Translations under genes and position numbers: made by a program | The notes under the pieces: generated by a model | What the model was told of the DNA's origin: nothing | Database searches by the model: none | Seen by the model: only the letters and a program-made list of their open reading frames with translations | Source of the DNA: Tubiluchus corallicola | Lineage: Eukaryota; Animalia; Priapulida | Length of the DNA: 64,000 nt | Direction of reading: 5' to 3' | Assembly: GCA_030141605.1 (NCBI GenBank) | Contig: JAQGDQ010000633.1 | Location: forward strand, 1-64,000 | Part shown: positions 21,914-35,204 of the stretch, piece by piece | How positions within the stretch are numbered: the stretch's first letter is position 1 | Layout: the number at the start of each line of letters is the position of its first letter

Positions 21914-22283
21914 CACCAATCACAAAGTAACAGTTGACAGAATACACCAATCACAAAGTAACAGTTGGCAGAATACACCAATCACAAAGTAACAGTTGAC
22001 AGAATACACCAATCACAAAGTAACAGTTGGCAGAATACACCAATCACTAAGTAACAGTTGACAGAATACACCAATCACAAAGTAACAGTTGGCAGAATAC
22101 ACCAATCACAAAGTAACAGTTGGCAGAATACACCAATCACAAAGTAACAGTTGGCAGAATACACCAATCACAAAGTACCAGTTGGCAGAATACACCAATC
22201 ACAAAGTAACAGTTGGCAGAATACACCAATCACAAAGTAACAGTTGGCAGAATACACCAATCACAAAGTAACAGTTGGCAGAA
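21914..22283. repeat. 31-bp minisatellite, 12 copies, starting 23 nt from an acceptor
   Basis: acaccaatcacaaagtaacagttggcagaat. Confidence 0.95.
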
Positions 22284-22295
22284 TGGCACTACATA

Positions 22296-23358
22296 CAGTA
22301 AGACCTCACTTAACGACGCTAATGCGTTCCAGTAAAACGTCATTAAGCGAAACCAAGACTTCCATAGAAAGTAATGTAACAGAATTGAGATGCATTCCAG
22401 AGTGAGAAATCAATGCTGAAAATCAAAGTCTAGACTTGCTAGAGGTTTCGTTTTCTTTAATGGTGAAACCTACTATAGGCAGTTAGCAGTTAGACATTGC
22501 CTAGTGAAAGCCAAACCCTGCATGGAGTGACCTTGAGACAAATTCATGCAGACACTAATCTGGTTGTTATAGCAACAGGCTGCAGACAAAATTCCTTGGC
22601 ATAAAATTTAAACTCGGAATGTTTGGAGGCATATAGATCTCGCTTGATACGACCTCGGACGGACTTTAGTAGGTAGTGAAATGGGAAGCAAAAATATGAT
22701 AATAATTGCACTATTTATGTTGCTAACACATTTTAGAACAGAATAATGCAATTATGTACCATTTTAATGCTTCAAATTAGTTTAAAAAATGTTAATAAAA
22801 TAAAAAATTACTGTCAGCAAAGTAAGAAATCGTCGTTGTCAAGGATTTTTGTTTGTTAAATTTAATATAGTGTTTTACAGTTACACGTGGCGACATCTGG
22901 CTTCAATATTTGCATCCTAGTCAATTTCCGGTCATACAAGTTTCAATGTGTTCAAGTGATGACGTGTTTCTGTGTAACTCGCGATTTAATGCCAACGATG
23001 TATGTAAATTTTATTTAGTTATTTACTGTAAGTCTCTCATTAATTTCACTTAATCGTAATCGATCTTTTGATAAGAAATGAATTAGTTTATTAAAGGAAT
23101 TTATATATCTTGTTTCAGATAAAATGTATGATTTTGGGTAATGGCGTCTCAGTGTCAGATATGAAGTAAATGACTAAGGGGCATGTGACGTGAAGATGGT
23201 ATACAAACAATAAACTATTACGCTAAGCAAAAAATTATGACTTTGTTTGTCATCGTAAAGCCCAAACAGTCGTTAAAGCAAAATATATGTCATTAAGTGA
23301 GAAAAAGATGTCAAATGTTCAAATGTGAAATTACGAGTCGTTACGCGAGAACTTACTG
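22296..23358. mobile_element. Tigger/pogo-like non-autonomous element
   Basis: ta|cagtaagacctcacttaacgac ... gtcgttacgcgagaacttactg|ta. Confidence 0.7.
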
Positions 23359-23880
23359 TATCGACAATCTTCAACTTAAATAGTTCTCTTGTTGTTGTTT
23401 GTTGTTTATTTATTTCACATCAACACAAATACACAATTAATACATTAAAAGAAACAAAAAGTTATCAATAATTCAATGAATAACAAACAGTAAGATACAT
23501 AATAGGTAGCAAATTTTGGAAAAAATGATTTAAACTGTCTTTAGACGTAGGTCAACCTATGGTAAACAAAGATAGTGATATCGTTACTTCCTTTAATACT
23601 GGTGTCTAAGCAACGTTATGTACAGCATCGTTACAAATATACTAACTTGACTCTCAAAACACTGAGGGGTTTACACAAGAGAATTATCGCTGTTGTATGT
23701 TGCTTAGTAAATTCGGATACAGTTTACTTCGAGCATATAACTAGTTTAGATATACCATAGTTTAGGTTTGCTATATATACAAATGTAAATGTGTTGTGGG
23801 CAATCAAAAAGCAGGGCTTGTTAGATTGTCCCACACTGCGAAAGAAAAAAAAGTAATAAAGTAATAATATATCTTCATAC

Positions 23881-25770
23881 CTGAGATATTACCACCACGT
23901 GTAGGGTACAGGTTTTCCTGCGATGTACTTGCTGGCTCTACTTGCGATGCAGACGATGTAATGTTAGTCAACTTGTCATTCATCAAGGTTAAGTCATTCA
24001 GCACATCTTCACCTCCGATGCCTGCCAGATTGTGCTTTTGTAAGCCAGTCTCGGTCATGGCAGCCAGATTGTGCTTTTGTAAGCCAGTCTCGGTCATGCC
24101 TGCCAGATTGTGCTTTTGTAAGCCAGTCTCGGTCATGGCAGCCAGATTGTGCTTTTGTAAGCCAGTCTCGGTCATGCCTGCCAGATTGTGTTTTTGTAAG
24201 CCAGCCTCGGTCATGCCTGCCAGATTGTGCTTTTGTAAGCCAGTCTCGGTCATGCCTGCCAGATTGTGCTTTTGTAAGCCAGCCTCGGTCATGCCTGCCA
24301 GATTGTGCTTTTGTAAGCCAGTCTCGGTCATGCCTGCCAGATTGTGCTTTTGTAAGCCAGTCTCGGTCATGGCAGCCAGATTGTGCTTTTGTAAGCCAGT
24401 CTCGGTCATGCCTGCCAGATTGTGCTTTTGTAAGCCAGTCTCGGTCATGCCTGCCAGATTGTGCTTTTGTAAGCCAGCCTCGGTCATGGCAGCATTCTGT
24501 AAGTATTCGTTGTCTCGTCCCATGGGCAATGATGACGAATGAGCAACAGAAGTCGTTTGCTGATTCTGTTGTTGTTGTTGTTGTTGTTGCTGCTGCTGCT
24601 GTTGCTGTTGTTGATATGGTTCACTCGTGACCTGATGCACGCTTCCGACAAAATTCGTACCTTGTGGTAAATAATGCTGGGTGAAGCCCATTCCTACCGT
24701 GGTCAGATCGTGTTTTGATAAATGATCAGCTAGGCTGCTTGAAGTTGCACTACGACTGGTTAGATTCAGTGCAGGTTGCTGAATACCTTGAGGATTTACC
24801 TGCTGCGTGTCTGTTGCGGCAGCCTCCAGGTGGCGTATGAGTTCCGGTTGATTGACCGGATGATGTACTTGTACGTTCTCGTGTTTTTCGTGTTTCGACT
24901 GCACATTCAGTTGTTCTATTTGCACGGTCGCTTGCTGAACTTCCAAGCCGTGTTGACCACCCGCCATCATGGGTGCTATCCCAGGATGCACTTCGGCGGG
25001 TGCGGCGTGTTTACGTTGCGTCTCTTCCGACATACTTTGACTCTGTAGTAGGACGTTGGTACCTTCCGACTGCGTTAGCCCCTGATGGTAAATGTGTTTT
25101 AACTGTAAGACGCGTTTTTGTTCGGAAGTTTCCGAGTTCGGATGCTGCACTGCGGGCTGACCGACCGGACACATTCGTTGCGTGGCGCACAACACTTGCG
25201 CCGACACGTGCTGCGTCAATATGCGAGATGGGGATCCGAAAGGATTCTGCAAAGTAGGAGATTTCAATTCACAGGGCCATGCAGGATTTTGTCCGTCAGT
25301 AGGAGAGATGTGTTTCTCCTGTAACTGATAATTCTGTCCAAGCTGCATGGACATGTCCGGTGCAACGGTTTTAGTTTGCTGCACGGCTACGGTCTGTACC
25401 ATATTCTGAGAAGGCTCGATTAACATGTAATTAGCATTTTCTGACTGTTTGCCAAACATCAACGGTTGAGGTACGGCGGCCGTTACCGTTGCTTGATTGT
25501 TATCGAAACTCAACTGTTTCTGAGAACCGGCGACGCAGGCCGATTTCAGCTCTTTTCTGAGCGCACTCAGTTCCTCTCGGAGCGCGTGTAGTTCGCTGGT
25601 CGTCGGCTCGACCTTGACTCCGGGAGACGGAGGGACGTCTTCGCTCGGACTCGTCTGCACGGTAGCGGCTACTTTAGACGGCTGATGCTTCCTGGCAACT
25701 TGCGACTCCTTGACTGTCGGTAATACTGATAGCTGAGATAATTGGAATAGCTTGTTTATGTCTACGGCAG
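23881..25770 (-). CDS. NFAT5: NFAT5 large Q-rich transactivation-type exon
   Basis: tttcag|CT GCC GTA... open 1890 nt to ATC TCA G|gtatga; polyQ tract; includes ORF 23804..25660. Confidence 0.85.
24017..24493 (-). repeat. Coding 39-bp minisatellite (MTETGLQKHNLAG x12)
   Basis: In-frame repeat inside the NFAT5 exon. Confidence 0.95.
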
Positions 25771-25829
25771 CTGAAACAAAAACAAAAGCACGTACAATTC
25801 CTAAAAATAAACATCATAAATTCTCTTTC

Positions 25830-26250
25830 TTTTATTATTTCATTTTATTTTATTTAAGAACATTTATATAATTCATTTTTTATAAAAGAAAATGGCAGCA
25901 GGTACATAGCACTTATTCTAGCCATGTAATACAATATAAAGTAATTTACAATCAGAGTTATAAAACAAATACATGTGCAGTAAAAACTATCATTAAACAA
26001 GAAAAAACTTAAAAACCTAAAAAACCTTAAAAGAAACTTAAGACGGAGAGACGCTACATACGGTAAAGAAATAATAACTTACATAAAATGATTAAAATGG
26101 CTGTAGTTTAAAAAGTTGCAAATTGTTAGTCTGGTGTTGAAACTGACAATATTTGATGCATTAACCACGTCATAATTAAGATCATTCCACGTAGGGACTA
26201 CTCTATTTGCAAACGAATATATATATGCACCTAATCTAGAAAGTTTGACA
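25830..26250 (-). mobile_element. CR1-like LINE 3' fragment
   Basis: YSFANRVVPTWNDLNYDVVNASNIVSFNTRL (CR1 C-terminal F.NRVV..WN.L...VV.A.....F) followed by an (AATAA)n-type tail. Confidence 0.7.
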
Positions 26251-26504
26251 ATTTGTAACGAGACCACGTAAATTTTGGACCACATAAATTACTTTGTTAC
26301 CTAAAATAATCTTTTTTAGAATTAACCAACTTCAAGAAAAATCATGCTGTCTTTGTCTCAAGCAGAATGGAAATAATTCGGAATTATTAAACTGTACGAC
26401 ACAAATGAAATGTGGTAGAAAATAATTTAGTTCTAAGGTGGCCTAAGACTTTGTACCAGCTCCCATGTGAGCTGCACTCTTGTTTTATAAATACAATAAA
26501 CTAC

Positions 26505-27030
26505 GTATAACTAGAATTCTTGCGTTTCTCAAACACATCCCATGGAATGGATTTTTCGTTTTCATTTTTCTCTTTACCAAACATCGTGTTACTCGAATTA
26601 TCATGTAACTCCAATCGAATTCCCAGTACATTATAAGAATCTGACTCAAATTACCCCACCTATCTCAAACAAACTCTCAAACAAGAAGTCCTACATGAAA
26701 GTGTGCACCACATTACAATTTTAACTGCTAGTTTCAGCAAAAATGCTAAGATTTCTTGTATTACCTTAGGAGAACGCCCAACACAACATGGCTTAGCAAA
26801 CGTGGTTTAATGTAGATCACAATATTATTATTGCTGAATTCTATTAACCATGCTACTCAGACTACAATAGAGATGGACCAGTCATTTTATTTTTCATTAT
26901 TCATAAAAAATGTTGTCTGATATTTGATTAAAGACTCAGTTTGTCATTTTCACAGCCTGTAGTGTTACTAGTGTATTGTCCAACATTGATGAGTGACTCA
27001 ATCTTGTTTTCTTACAAACATTGTCCAACT
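26505..27030 (+). mobile_element. Unclassified interspersed repeat; second copy at ~50260-50815
   Basis: Shared blocks aagtcctacatgaaagtgtgcac, aaatgctaagatttcttgtattaccttag and gagtgactcaatcttgttttctt. Confidence 0.7.
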
Positions 27031-27332
27031 TGTACCATCTCATAAAATACATACTATCTTAATCTTACAAATAATAGAATTTATAGACTATAAGTTTATC
27101 GTTTTTTGATATAAAATTGTTGCCGAACAGTGACACTCATCAAGAAGCTTGTGTCAGTTTTCTTTTCATTACATTCGACTTCTAGGCTTCATTTCTCTGT
27201 TGTACGTACATTTAAACAATTGACCACGCCCATAACGAGACTCGGTCATAGCGAGCAAATTTTCTCTGTCCCTCGAAACCCGTTAGTAAGCGGATTATAC
27301 GGTAGATCAAATATAAAATACAAGTTTCTTAC

Positions 27333-27392
27333 TTTGTGACACCCCAGCAGGTAACTTCGCATCCTTGTCTTGCTCAAATGAAGCCAGTGCAT
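27333..27392 (-). CDS. NFAT5: NFAT5 small linker exon
   Basis: ttttag|AT GCA CTG...TCA CAA A|gtaaga encodes (D)ALASFEQDKDAKLPAGVSQ; phase 1-1. Confidence 0.6.
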
Positions 27393-28135
27393 CTAAAACG
27401 AATGAAACCACTAACAACACTTCTTTTTACGGAATATATGAGAGAAAGATGAGTGAAGAGTCTGTAATGGTGTTTATTATTCATTCACACAAAACTAAAC
27501 AATCACTTTACATTCAAGACTTGCCAAGACACTTTCTTTTACATCTTAACTCAAATTAAATTTCAACTTTTTTTAAAGGAAAGATCAAGCCTTCTGGGAA
27601 GTTAGGCTTATTTCCATGTTTGCAAAAAATGTTAGAAGGATTTAGTAATAAAACTGCAATAAGCGCCTCGTGTAATTAGTAAAATCACTTTAAAGTTGCG
27701 ATCACTTCATGCTTGGACGCTCCCATTTTCAATGTCCATTCTTCTTCCAATGACGTCATTCGTCTAGAAGAAAAGTAGCGCACTGTCGAACTTTGTCAAA
27801 AGTATGAGAAGTTTTTACAAAATATTTGATAACTAATTTTTTTGCAACATTTCTGCGTGAACATTAAGTAAGCTACAAAAGTTTAAATTAGTTTAAGTAA
27901 TGCGCATAAAGTTAGGAAGTCTCCCAGTTATGTCATGATTTTCAAGTGAACTGCAGCTACCCCCACACTTGAAAATTTCTATTCAGAGGTAGAATATGTA
28001 AATTTATGCTTTATAGGCAGTTCTTTGCAAATTTCTTTGTTATAACTTTAGAAGTTTAAATTATAACAGTAAAATAGACCCAACATGCTGAGTGACTTGT
28101 TCGTTCCTTTAAATTAACATAGCAAAGTGCATAAA

Positions 28136-31100
28136 TTAGTTCGAGTACTAATAACTCTAGAGTATTGAACTTAGTAAACAAATCGTGTATTAGTTCCAGT
28201 ACTAATAACTCTAGAGTACTGAACTTAGTAAACAAATCGTGTATTAGTTCGAGTACTAATAACTCTAGAGTACTGAACTTAGTAAACAAATCGTGTATTA
28301 GTTCGAGTACTAATAACTCTAGAGTATTGAACTTAGTAAACAAATCGTGTATTAGTTCGAGTACTAATAGCTCTAGAGTATTGAACTTAGTAAACAAATC
28401 GTGTATTAGTTCCAGTACTAATAACTCTAGAGTATTGAACTTAGTAAACAAATCGTGTATTAGTTCCAGTACTAATAACTCTAGAGTACTGAACTTAGTA
28501 AACAAATCGTGTATTAGTTCGAGTACTAATAACTCTAGAGTACTGAACTTAGTAAACAAATCGTGTATTAGTTCCAGTACTAAGAGCTCTAGAGTACTGA
28601 ACTTAGTAAACAAATCGTGTATTAGTTCGAGTACTAATAGCTCTAGAGTATTGAACTTAGTAAACAAATCGTGTATTAGTTCGAGTACTAATAGCTCTAG
28701 AGTATTGAACTTAGTAAACAAATCATGTATTAGTTCCAGTACTAATAGCTCTAGAGTATTGAACTTAGTAAACAAATCGTGTATTAGTTCCAGTACTAAT
28801 AACTCTAGAGTACTGAACTTAGTAAACAAATCGTGTATTAGTTCCAGTACTAATAACTCTAGAGTACTGAACTTAGTAAACAAATCGTGTATTAGTTCGA
28901 GTACTAATAACTCTAGAGTACTGAACTTAGTAAACAAATCGTGTATTAGTTCCAGTACTAATAGCTCTAGAGTATTGAACTTAGTAAACAAATCGTGTAT
29001 TAGTTCCAGTACTAATAGCTCTAGAGTATTGAACTTAGTAAACAAATCGTGTATTAGTTCCAGTACTAATAGCTCTAGAGTATTGAACTTAGTAAACAAA
29101 TCGTGTATTAGTTCCAGTACTAATAACTCTAGAGTATTGAACTTAGTAAACAAATCGTGTATTAGTTCGAGTACTAATAACTCTAGAGTACTGAACTTAG
29201 TAAACAAATCGTGTATTAGTTCGAGTACTAATAGCTCTAGAGTATTGAACTTAGTAAACAAATCGTGTATTAGTTCGAGTACTAATAGCTCTAGAGTATT
29301 GAACTTAGTAAACAAATCGTGTATTAGTTCCAGTACTAATAGCTCTAGAGTATTGAACTTAGTAAACAAATCGTGTATTAGTTCCAGTACTAATAACTCT
29401 AGAGTATTGAACTTAGTAAACAAATCGTGTATTAGTTCGAGTACTAATAACTCTAGAGTACTGAACTTAGTAAACAAATCGTGTATTAGTTCCAGTACTA
29501 AGAGCTCTAGAGTATTGAACTTAGTAAACAAATCGTGTATTAGTTCGAGTACTAATAGCTCTAGAGTATTGAACTTAGTAAACAAATCGTGTATTAGTTC
29601 GAGTACTAATAGCTCTAGAGTATTGAACTTAGTAAACAAATCGTGTATTAGTTCCAGTACTAATAGCTCTAGAGTATTGAACTTAGTAAACAAATCGTGT
29701 ATTAGTTCCAGTACTAATAGCTCTAGAGTATTGAACTTAGTAAACAAATCGTGTATTAGTTCGAGTACTAATAGCTCTAGAGTATTGAACTTAGTAAACA
29801 AATCGTGTATTAGTTCCAGTACTAATAGCTCTAGAGTATTGAACTTAGTAAACAAATCGTGTATTAGTTCGAGTACTAATAGCTCTAGAGTATTGAACTT
29901 AGTAAACAAATCGTGTATTAGTTCGAGTACTATTAGCCCTAGAGTATTGAACTTAGTAAACAAATCGTGTATTAGTTCGAGTACTAATAGCCCTAGAGTA
30001 TTGAACTTAGTAAACAAATCGTGTATTAGTTCCAGTACTAATAACTCTAGAGTATTGAACTTAGTAAACAAATTGTGTATTAGTTCGAGTACTAATAGCT
30101 CTAGAGTATTGAACTTAGTAAACAAATCGTGTATTAGTTCCAGTACTAAGAGCTCTAGAGTATTGAACTTAGTAAACAAATCGTGTATTAGTTCGAGTAC
30201 TAATAGCTCTCGAGTATTGAACTTAGTAAACAAATCGTGTATTAGTTCCAGTACTAATAGCTCTAGAGTATTGAACTTAGTAAACAAATCGTGTATTAGT
30301 TCCAGTACTAATAGCTCTAGAGTATTGAACTTAGTAAACAACGTATTAGTTCTACTAATAGCTCTAGAGTATTGAACTTGTAAACAAATCATGTATTAGT
30401 TCGAGTACTAATAGCTCTAGAGTATTGAACTTAGTAAACAAATCGTATAGTTCCACTAATAGCTCTAGAGTATTGAACTTAGTAAACAAATCGTATTAGT
30501 TCCAGTACTAATAGCTCTAGAGTATTGAACTTAGTAAACAAATCGTATTAGTTCGAGTACTAATAGCTCTAGAGTATTGAACTTGAAACAAATCGTATTA
30601 GTTCCAGTACTAATAGCTCTAGAGTATTGAACTTAGTAAACAAATCGTGTATTAGTTCGCAGTACTAATAGCTCTAGAGTATTGAACTTAGTAAACAAAT
30701 CTGTATAGTTCAGTACTAATAGCTCTAGAGTATTGAACTTAGTAAACAAATCGTGTATTAGTTCGAGTACTAATAGCTCTAGAGTATTGAACTTAGTAAA
30801 CAAATCGTGTATTAGTTCGAGTACTAATAGCTCTAGAGTATTGAACTTAGTAAACAAATCGTGTATTAGTTCCAGTACTAATAGCTCTAGAGTATTGAAC
30901 TTAGTAAACAAATCGTGTATTAGTTCCAGTACTAATAGCTCTAGAGTATTGAACTTAGTAAACAAATCATGTATTAGTTCCAGTACTAATAGCTCTAGAG
31001 TATTGAACTTAGTAAACAAATCATGTATTAGTTCGAGTACTAATAGCTCTAGAGTATTGAACTTAGTAAACAAATCATGTATTAGTTCCAGTACTAATAG

Positions 31101-31170
31101 CTCTAGAGTATTGAACTTAGTAAACAAATCGTGTATTAGTTCCAGTACTAATAGCTCCAGAGTATTGAAA
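28136..31170. repeat. 51-bp satellite, ~59 copies, intronic
   Basis: attagttc(c/g)agtactaatagctctagagtattgaacttagtaaacaaatcgtgt. Confidence 0.97.
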
Positions 31171-31209
31171 TTTCTATACACTGTATGATAAAACAGATCA
31201 TGTATTTAC

Positions 31210-31342
31210 CATGTACTGCTGGTAAGAACATGAACGGCTGTGGATCGCTTCTTCTGTCCTGAACTTTCACTACAACATTCATGGCAACTGGTTCTGACAT
31301 AGTGAGATCTCTGTAGGCTGGCATCTTAAATATCAAGTGTGT
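31210..31342 (-). CDS. NFAT5: NFAT5 IPT/TIG domain exon (end)
   Basis: ttcag|THLIFKMPAYRDLTMSEPVAMNVVVKVQDRRSDPQPFMFLPAVH G|gtaaat (cf. NHLIVKVPPY...QPFTYTP). Confidence 0.92.
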
Positions 31343-31414
31343 CTGAAATGTGAACCATCATTCATCAGCATCAACACGTAACAGTTAATAAATGTTATAA
31401 AACTTCAGAGTAAA

Positions 31415-31746
31415 AGGCCTTTTCACAGTTCCAGCGATTGATGATGATCGTGAAAAGGTCAAAGGTTAAGTGTACTAGACAATGCATTTGTGTACACTTG
31501 ACAATGCCTCGCAAACCGAGCTATTGTAATAGTAACAGTTTTAACAGCTAGCTAGAACTTTACCTAGTTCATTTTTTCTTGTTCCTAAGCAAGATCCTGC
31601 TAGTAAATCACTCTATGCACAGACAAATGCATAATTAAGTAAAGTTCACGTGAAAGAACTGATGTGGCAGTCAGCTTTGGTTTACCCCCATATCACATGA
31701 TGGTTTGATTGAAGACATGCACACAAAGGAAACTGTGAAAAGGCTT
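31415..31746 (+). mobile_element. Harbinger-like MITE
   Basis: TIR gccttttcacagtt / aactgtgaaaaggc. Confidence 0.75.
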
Positions 31747-31775
31747 ATTTAAGAGATGCTGAACAAGAGACTTAC

Positions 31776-31831
31776 TTGCTGCAAGAATTCTTTATCCACT
31801 TCAGCTGATTTTGACCAAATTTCTTCACCAT
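31776..31831 (-). CDS. NFAT5: NFAT5 IPT domain exon
   Basis: ttcag|AT GGT GAA...CAG CAA|gtaagt encodes (D)GEEIWSKSAEVDKEFLQQ (cf. WKSEAEIDMELFHQ). Confidence 0.9.
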
Positions 31832-31860
31832 CTGAACAAAAAAAATTGAATGTGATGAAT

Positions 31861-32430
31861 AGTCTACTTGAAGCTAAAACTGACCAAGTCTACTTGAAGC
31901 TAAAACTGACTAAGTCTACTTGAAGCTAAAACTGACCAAGTCTACTTGAAGCTAAAACTGACCAAGTCTACTTGAGCTAAAACTGACCAAGTCTACTTGA
32001 AGCTAAAACTGACCAAGTCTACTTGAAGCTAAAACTGACCAAGTCTACTTGAAGCTAAAACTGACCAAGTCTACTTGAAGCTAAAACTGACCAAGTCTAC
32101 TTGAAGCTAAAACTGACCAAGTCTACTTGAAGCTAAAACTGACCAAGTCTACTTGAAGCTAAAACTGACCAAGTCTACTTGAAGCTAAAACTGACCAAGT
32201 CTACTTGAAGCTAAAACTGACCAAGTCTACTTGAAGCTAAAACTGACCAAGTCTACTTGAAGCTAAAACTGACCAAGTCTACTTGAAGCTAAAACTGACC
32301 AAGTCTACTTGAAGCTAAAACTGACTAAGTCTACTTGAAGCTAAAACTGACCAAGTCTACTTGAAGCTAAAACTGACCAAGTCTACTTGAAGCTAAAACT
32401 GACCAAGTCTACTTGGAGCAAAACTGACTA
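31861..32430. repeat. 26-bp minisatellite, ~22 copies
   Basis: agtctacttgaagctaaaactgacca. Confidence 0.95.
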
Positions 32431-32519
32431 TAACTTAACTGACATCACCAGGTCAGGATTTCATTGCACTATTCGTAACAGAAAAGAGCATGACAGACAA
32501 ACAGCCAACGCTGGCTCAC

Positions 32520-32654
32520 CTTTGTCGGTTTCTATTATCAATACTGTCGTTCCTTTGAGAAAATTCTTGCCAATAATGAACACGTCACAACCACCGGACA
32601 ATGGACACTCAGATATGGACATGCGGCAAATCTCGGGTTGACCGGGAGGCTGAG
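32520..32654 (-). CDS. NFAT5: NFAT5 IPT domain exon (start)
   Basis: ttcag|(T)QPPGQPEICRMSISECPLSGGCDVFIIGKNFLKGTTVLIIETDK G|gtgagc (cf. TQPAGVPEI...IGKNFLKGT). Confidence 0.95.
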
Positions 32655-32990
32655 CTGAAATAAATCAAGAATGCAGTCAGTCATTTAACACATAAATTCT
32701 GTTACGTTCATATTTAAGCTTTTGAAGAAGTCATTCTATTCTAAGAGTGTTAACAAACTGAAAATCAGATATCGTTATTATCGTTCCTCACGTGTTTCGC
32801 CCTGCCAAGGGCTTCGTTACAAATTCTATAAGATTCTACTACGATTTGGCAAAAACTTGAATATTTTCACAGAATTAATTTAAAACTTTACACTGTGATA
32901 GCAAGCCATAACTTTCTATACAGCAGGCCTGAGGTGGGCATACAGGACGATAATACAGATGCCTGTTAAATGAGATTGCATTAGAAAAAA

Positions 32991-33820
32991 AGAGTTCAAT
33001 TTTGAATATCTGAAACAGAGTTCAATTTTGAATATCTGAAAAAGAGTTTAATTCTGAATATCTGAAACAGAGTTCAATTTTGAATATCTGAAACAGAGTT
33101 CAATTTTGAATATCTGAAAAAGAGTTTAATTCTGAATATCTGAAACAGAGTTCAATTTTGAATATCTGAAACAGAGTTCAATTTTGAATATGTGAAACAG
33201 AGTTCAATTTTGAATATGTGAAACAGAGTTCAATTCTGAATATGTGAAACAGAGTTCAATTTTGAATATCTGAAAAAGAGTTTAATTCTGAATATCTGAA
33301 ACAGAGTTCAATTTTGAATATCTGAAACAGAGTTCAATTTTGAATATGTGAAACAGAGTTCAATTCTGAATGTCTGAAACAGAGTTCAATTTTGAATACC
33401 TTAAACAGAGTTCAATTTTGAATATCTGAAACGGAGTTCAATTTTGAATATCTGAAACGGAGTTCAATTTTGAATATCTGAAACAGAGTTCAATTTTGGA
33501 TATCTGAAACAGAGTTCAATTTTGAATATCTGAAACAGAGTTCAATTTTGAATATCTGAAACAGAGTTCAATTTTGAATATCTGAAACAGAGTTCAATTT
33601 TGAATATCTGAAACAGAGTTCAATTTTGAATATCTGAAACAGAGTTCAATTTTGAATATCTGAAACAGAGTTCAATTTTGAATATCTGAAACAGAGTTCA
33701 ATTTTGAATATCTGAAATGGAGTTCAATTCTGAATATCTGAAACAGAGTTCAATTTTGAATATCTGAAACAGAGTTCAATTTTGAATATCTGAAACGGAG
33801 TTCAATTTTGAATATCTGAA
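32991..33820. repeat. 26-bp minisatellite, ~32 copies
   Basis: agagttcaattttgaatatctgaaac. Confidence 0.95.
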
Positions 33821-33951
33821 ATTCTGAGATTGTTGCCATTTGCAGCTCTGGTATTCATTGATCGACGGAGGTACAATCTCGGGAGTTTTTAAAAGGAAAT
33901 CAGCGTCATGTTTCAAGTTCTTCAATGTTCCTTTGCACGTTTCGTAAAGAT

Positions 33952-35204
33952 TAAATCAACACTTACTGCAGAGTATAGGATAAATCAACACTTACTGCAG
34001 AGTATAGGATAAATCAACACTTACTACAGAGTATGGATAAATCAACACTTACTACAGAGTATAGGATAAATCAACACTTACTGCCGAATATAGGATAAAT
34101 CAACACTTACTGCAGAGTATANNNNNNNNNNNNNNNNNNNNNNNNNNNNNNNNNNNNNNNNNTAAATCAACACTTACTGCAGATTATAGGATAAATCAAC
34201 ACTTACTGCAGAGTATAGGATAAATCAACACTTACTGCAGAGTATAGGATAAATCAACACTTACTGCAGAGTATAGGATAAATCAACACTTACTACAGAG
34301 TATGGATAAATCAACACTTACTACAGAGTATAGGATAAATCAACACTTACTGCCGAATATAGGATAAATCAACACTTACTGCAGAGTATAGGATAAATCA
34401 ACACTTACTGCAGAGTATAGGATAAATCAACACTTACTGCAGAGTATAGGATAAATCAACACTTACTGCAGATTATGGGATAAATCAATACTTACTGCAG
34501 ATTATAGGATAAATCAACACTTACTGCAGATTATAGGATAAATCAACACTTACTACAGAGTATAGGATAAATAAACACTTACTGCAGATTATAGGATAAA
34601 TCAACACTTACTACAGAGTATAGGATAAATCAACACTTACTGCAGATTATAGGATAAATCAATACTTACTGCAGAGTATAGGATAAATCAACACTTACTG
34701 CAGAGTATAGGATAAATCAACACTTACTGCAGAGTATAGGATAAATCAACACTTACTGCCGAATATAGGATAAATCAACACTTACTGCAGAGTATAGGAT
34801 AAATCAACACTTACTGCAGAGTATAGGATAAATCAACACTTACTGCAGAGTATAGGATAAATCAACACTTACTGCAGAGTATAGGATAAATCAACACTTA
34901 CTGCAGATTATAGGATAAATCAACACTTACTGCAGAGTATAGGATAAATCAACACTTACTGCAGAGTATAGGATAAATCAATACTTACTGCCGAATATAG
35001 GATAAATCAACACTTACTACAGAGTATAGGATAAATCAACACTTACTACAGAGTATAGGATAAATCAACACTTACTACAGAGTATAGGATAAATCAACAC
35101 TTACTGCAGAGTATAGGATAAATCAACACTTACTGCAGAGTATAGGATAAATCAACACTTACTACAGAGTATAGGATAAATCAACACTTACTACAGAGTA
35201 TAGG
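33952..35204 (-). repeat. 29-bp minisatellite (~43 copies, contains an N gap) made of the NFAT5 exon end and its donor
   Basis: Minus-strand unit CCTATACTCTG(C/T)A|gtaagtgttgatttat. Confidence 0.95.
34122..34162. other. Assembly gap (N run) inside the array
   Basis: 41 N characters. Confidence 0.99.

Noticed and set aside
23961-24542. Cys-rich repeat ORF on the plus strand
   Set aside because: Antisense shadow of the NFAT5 coding repeat.
28056-31188. 778-aa and 736-aa leucine-rich-repeat-like proteins
   Set aside because: Translations of a 51-bp (17-codon) satellite inside an NFAT5 intron, open on both strands with no unique domain.
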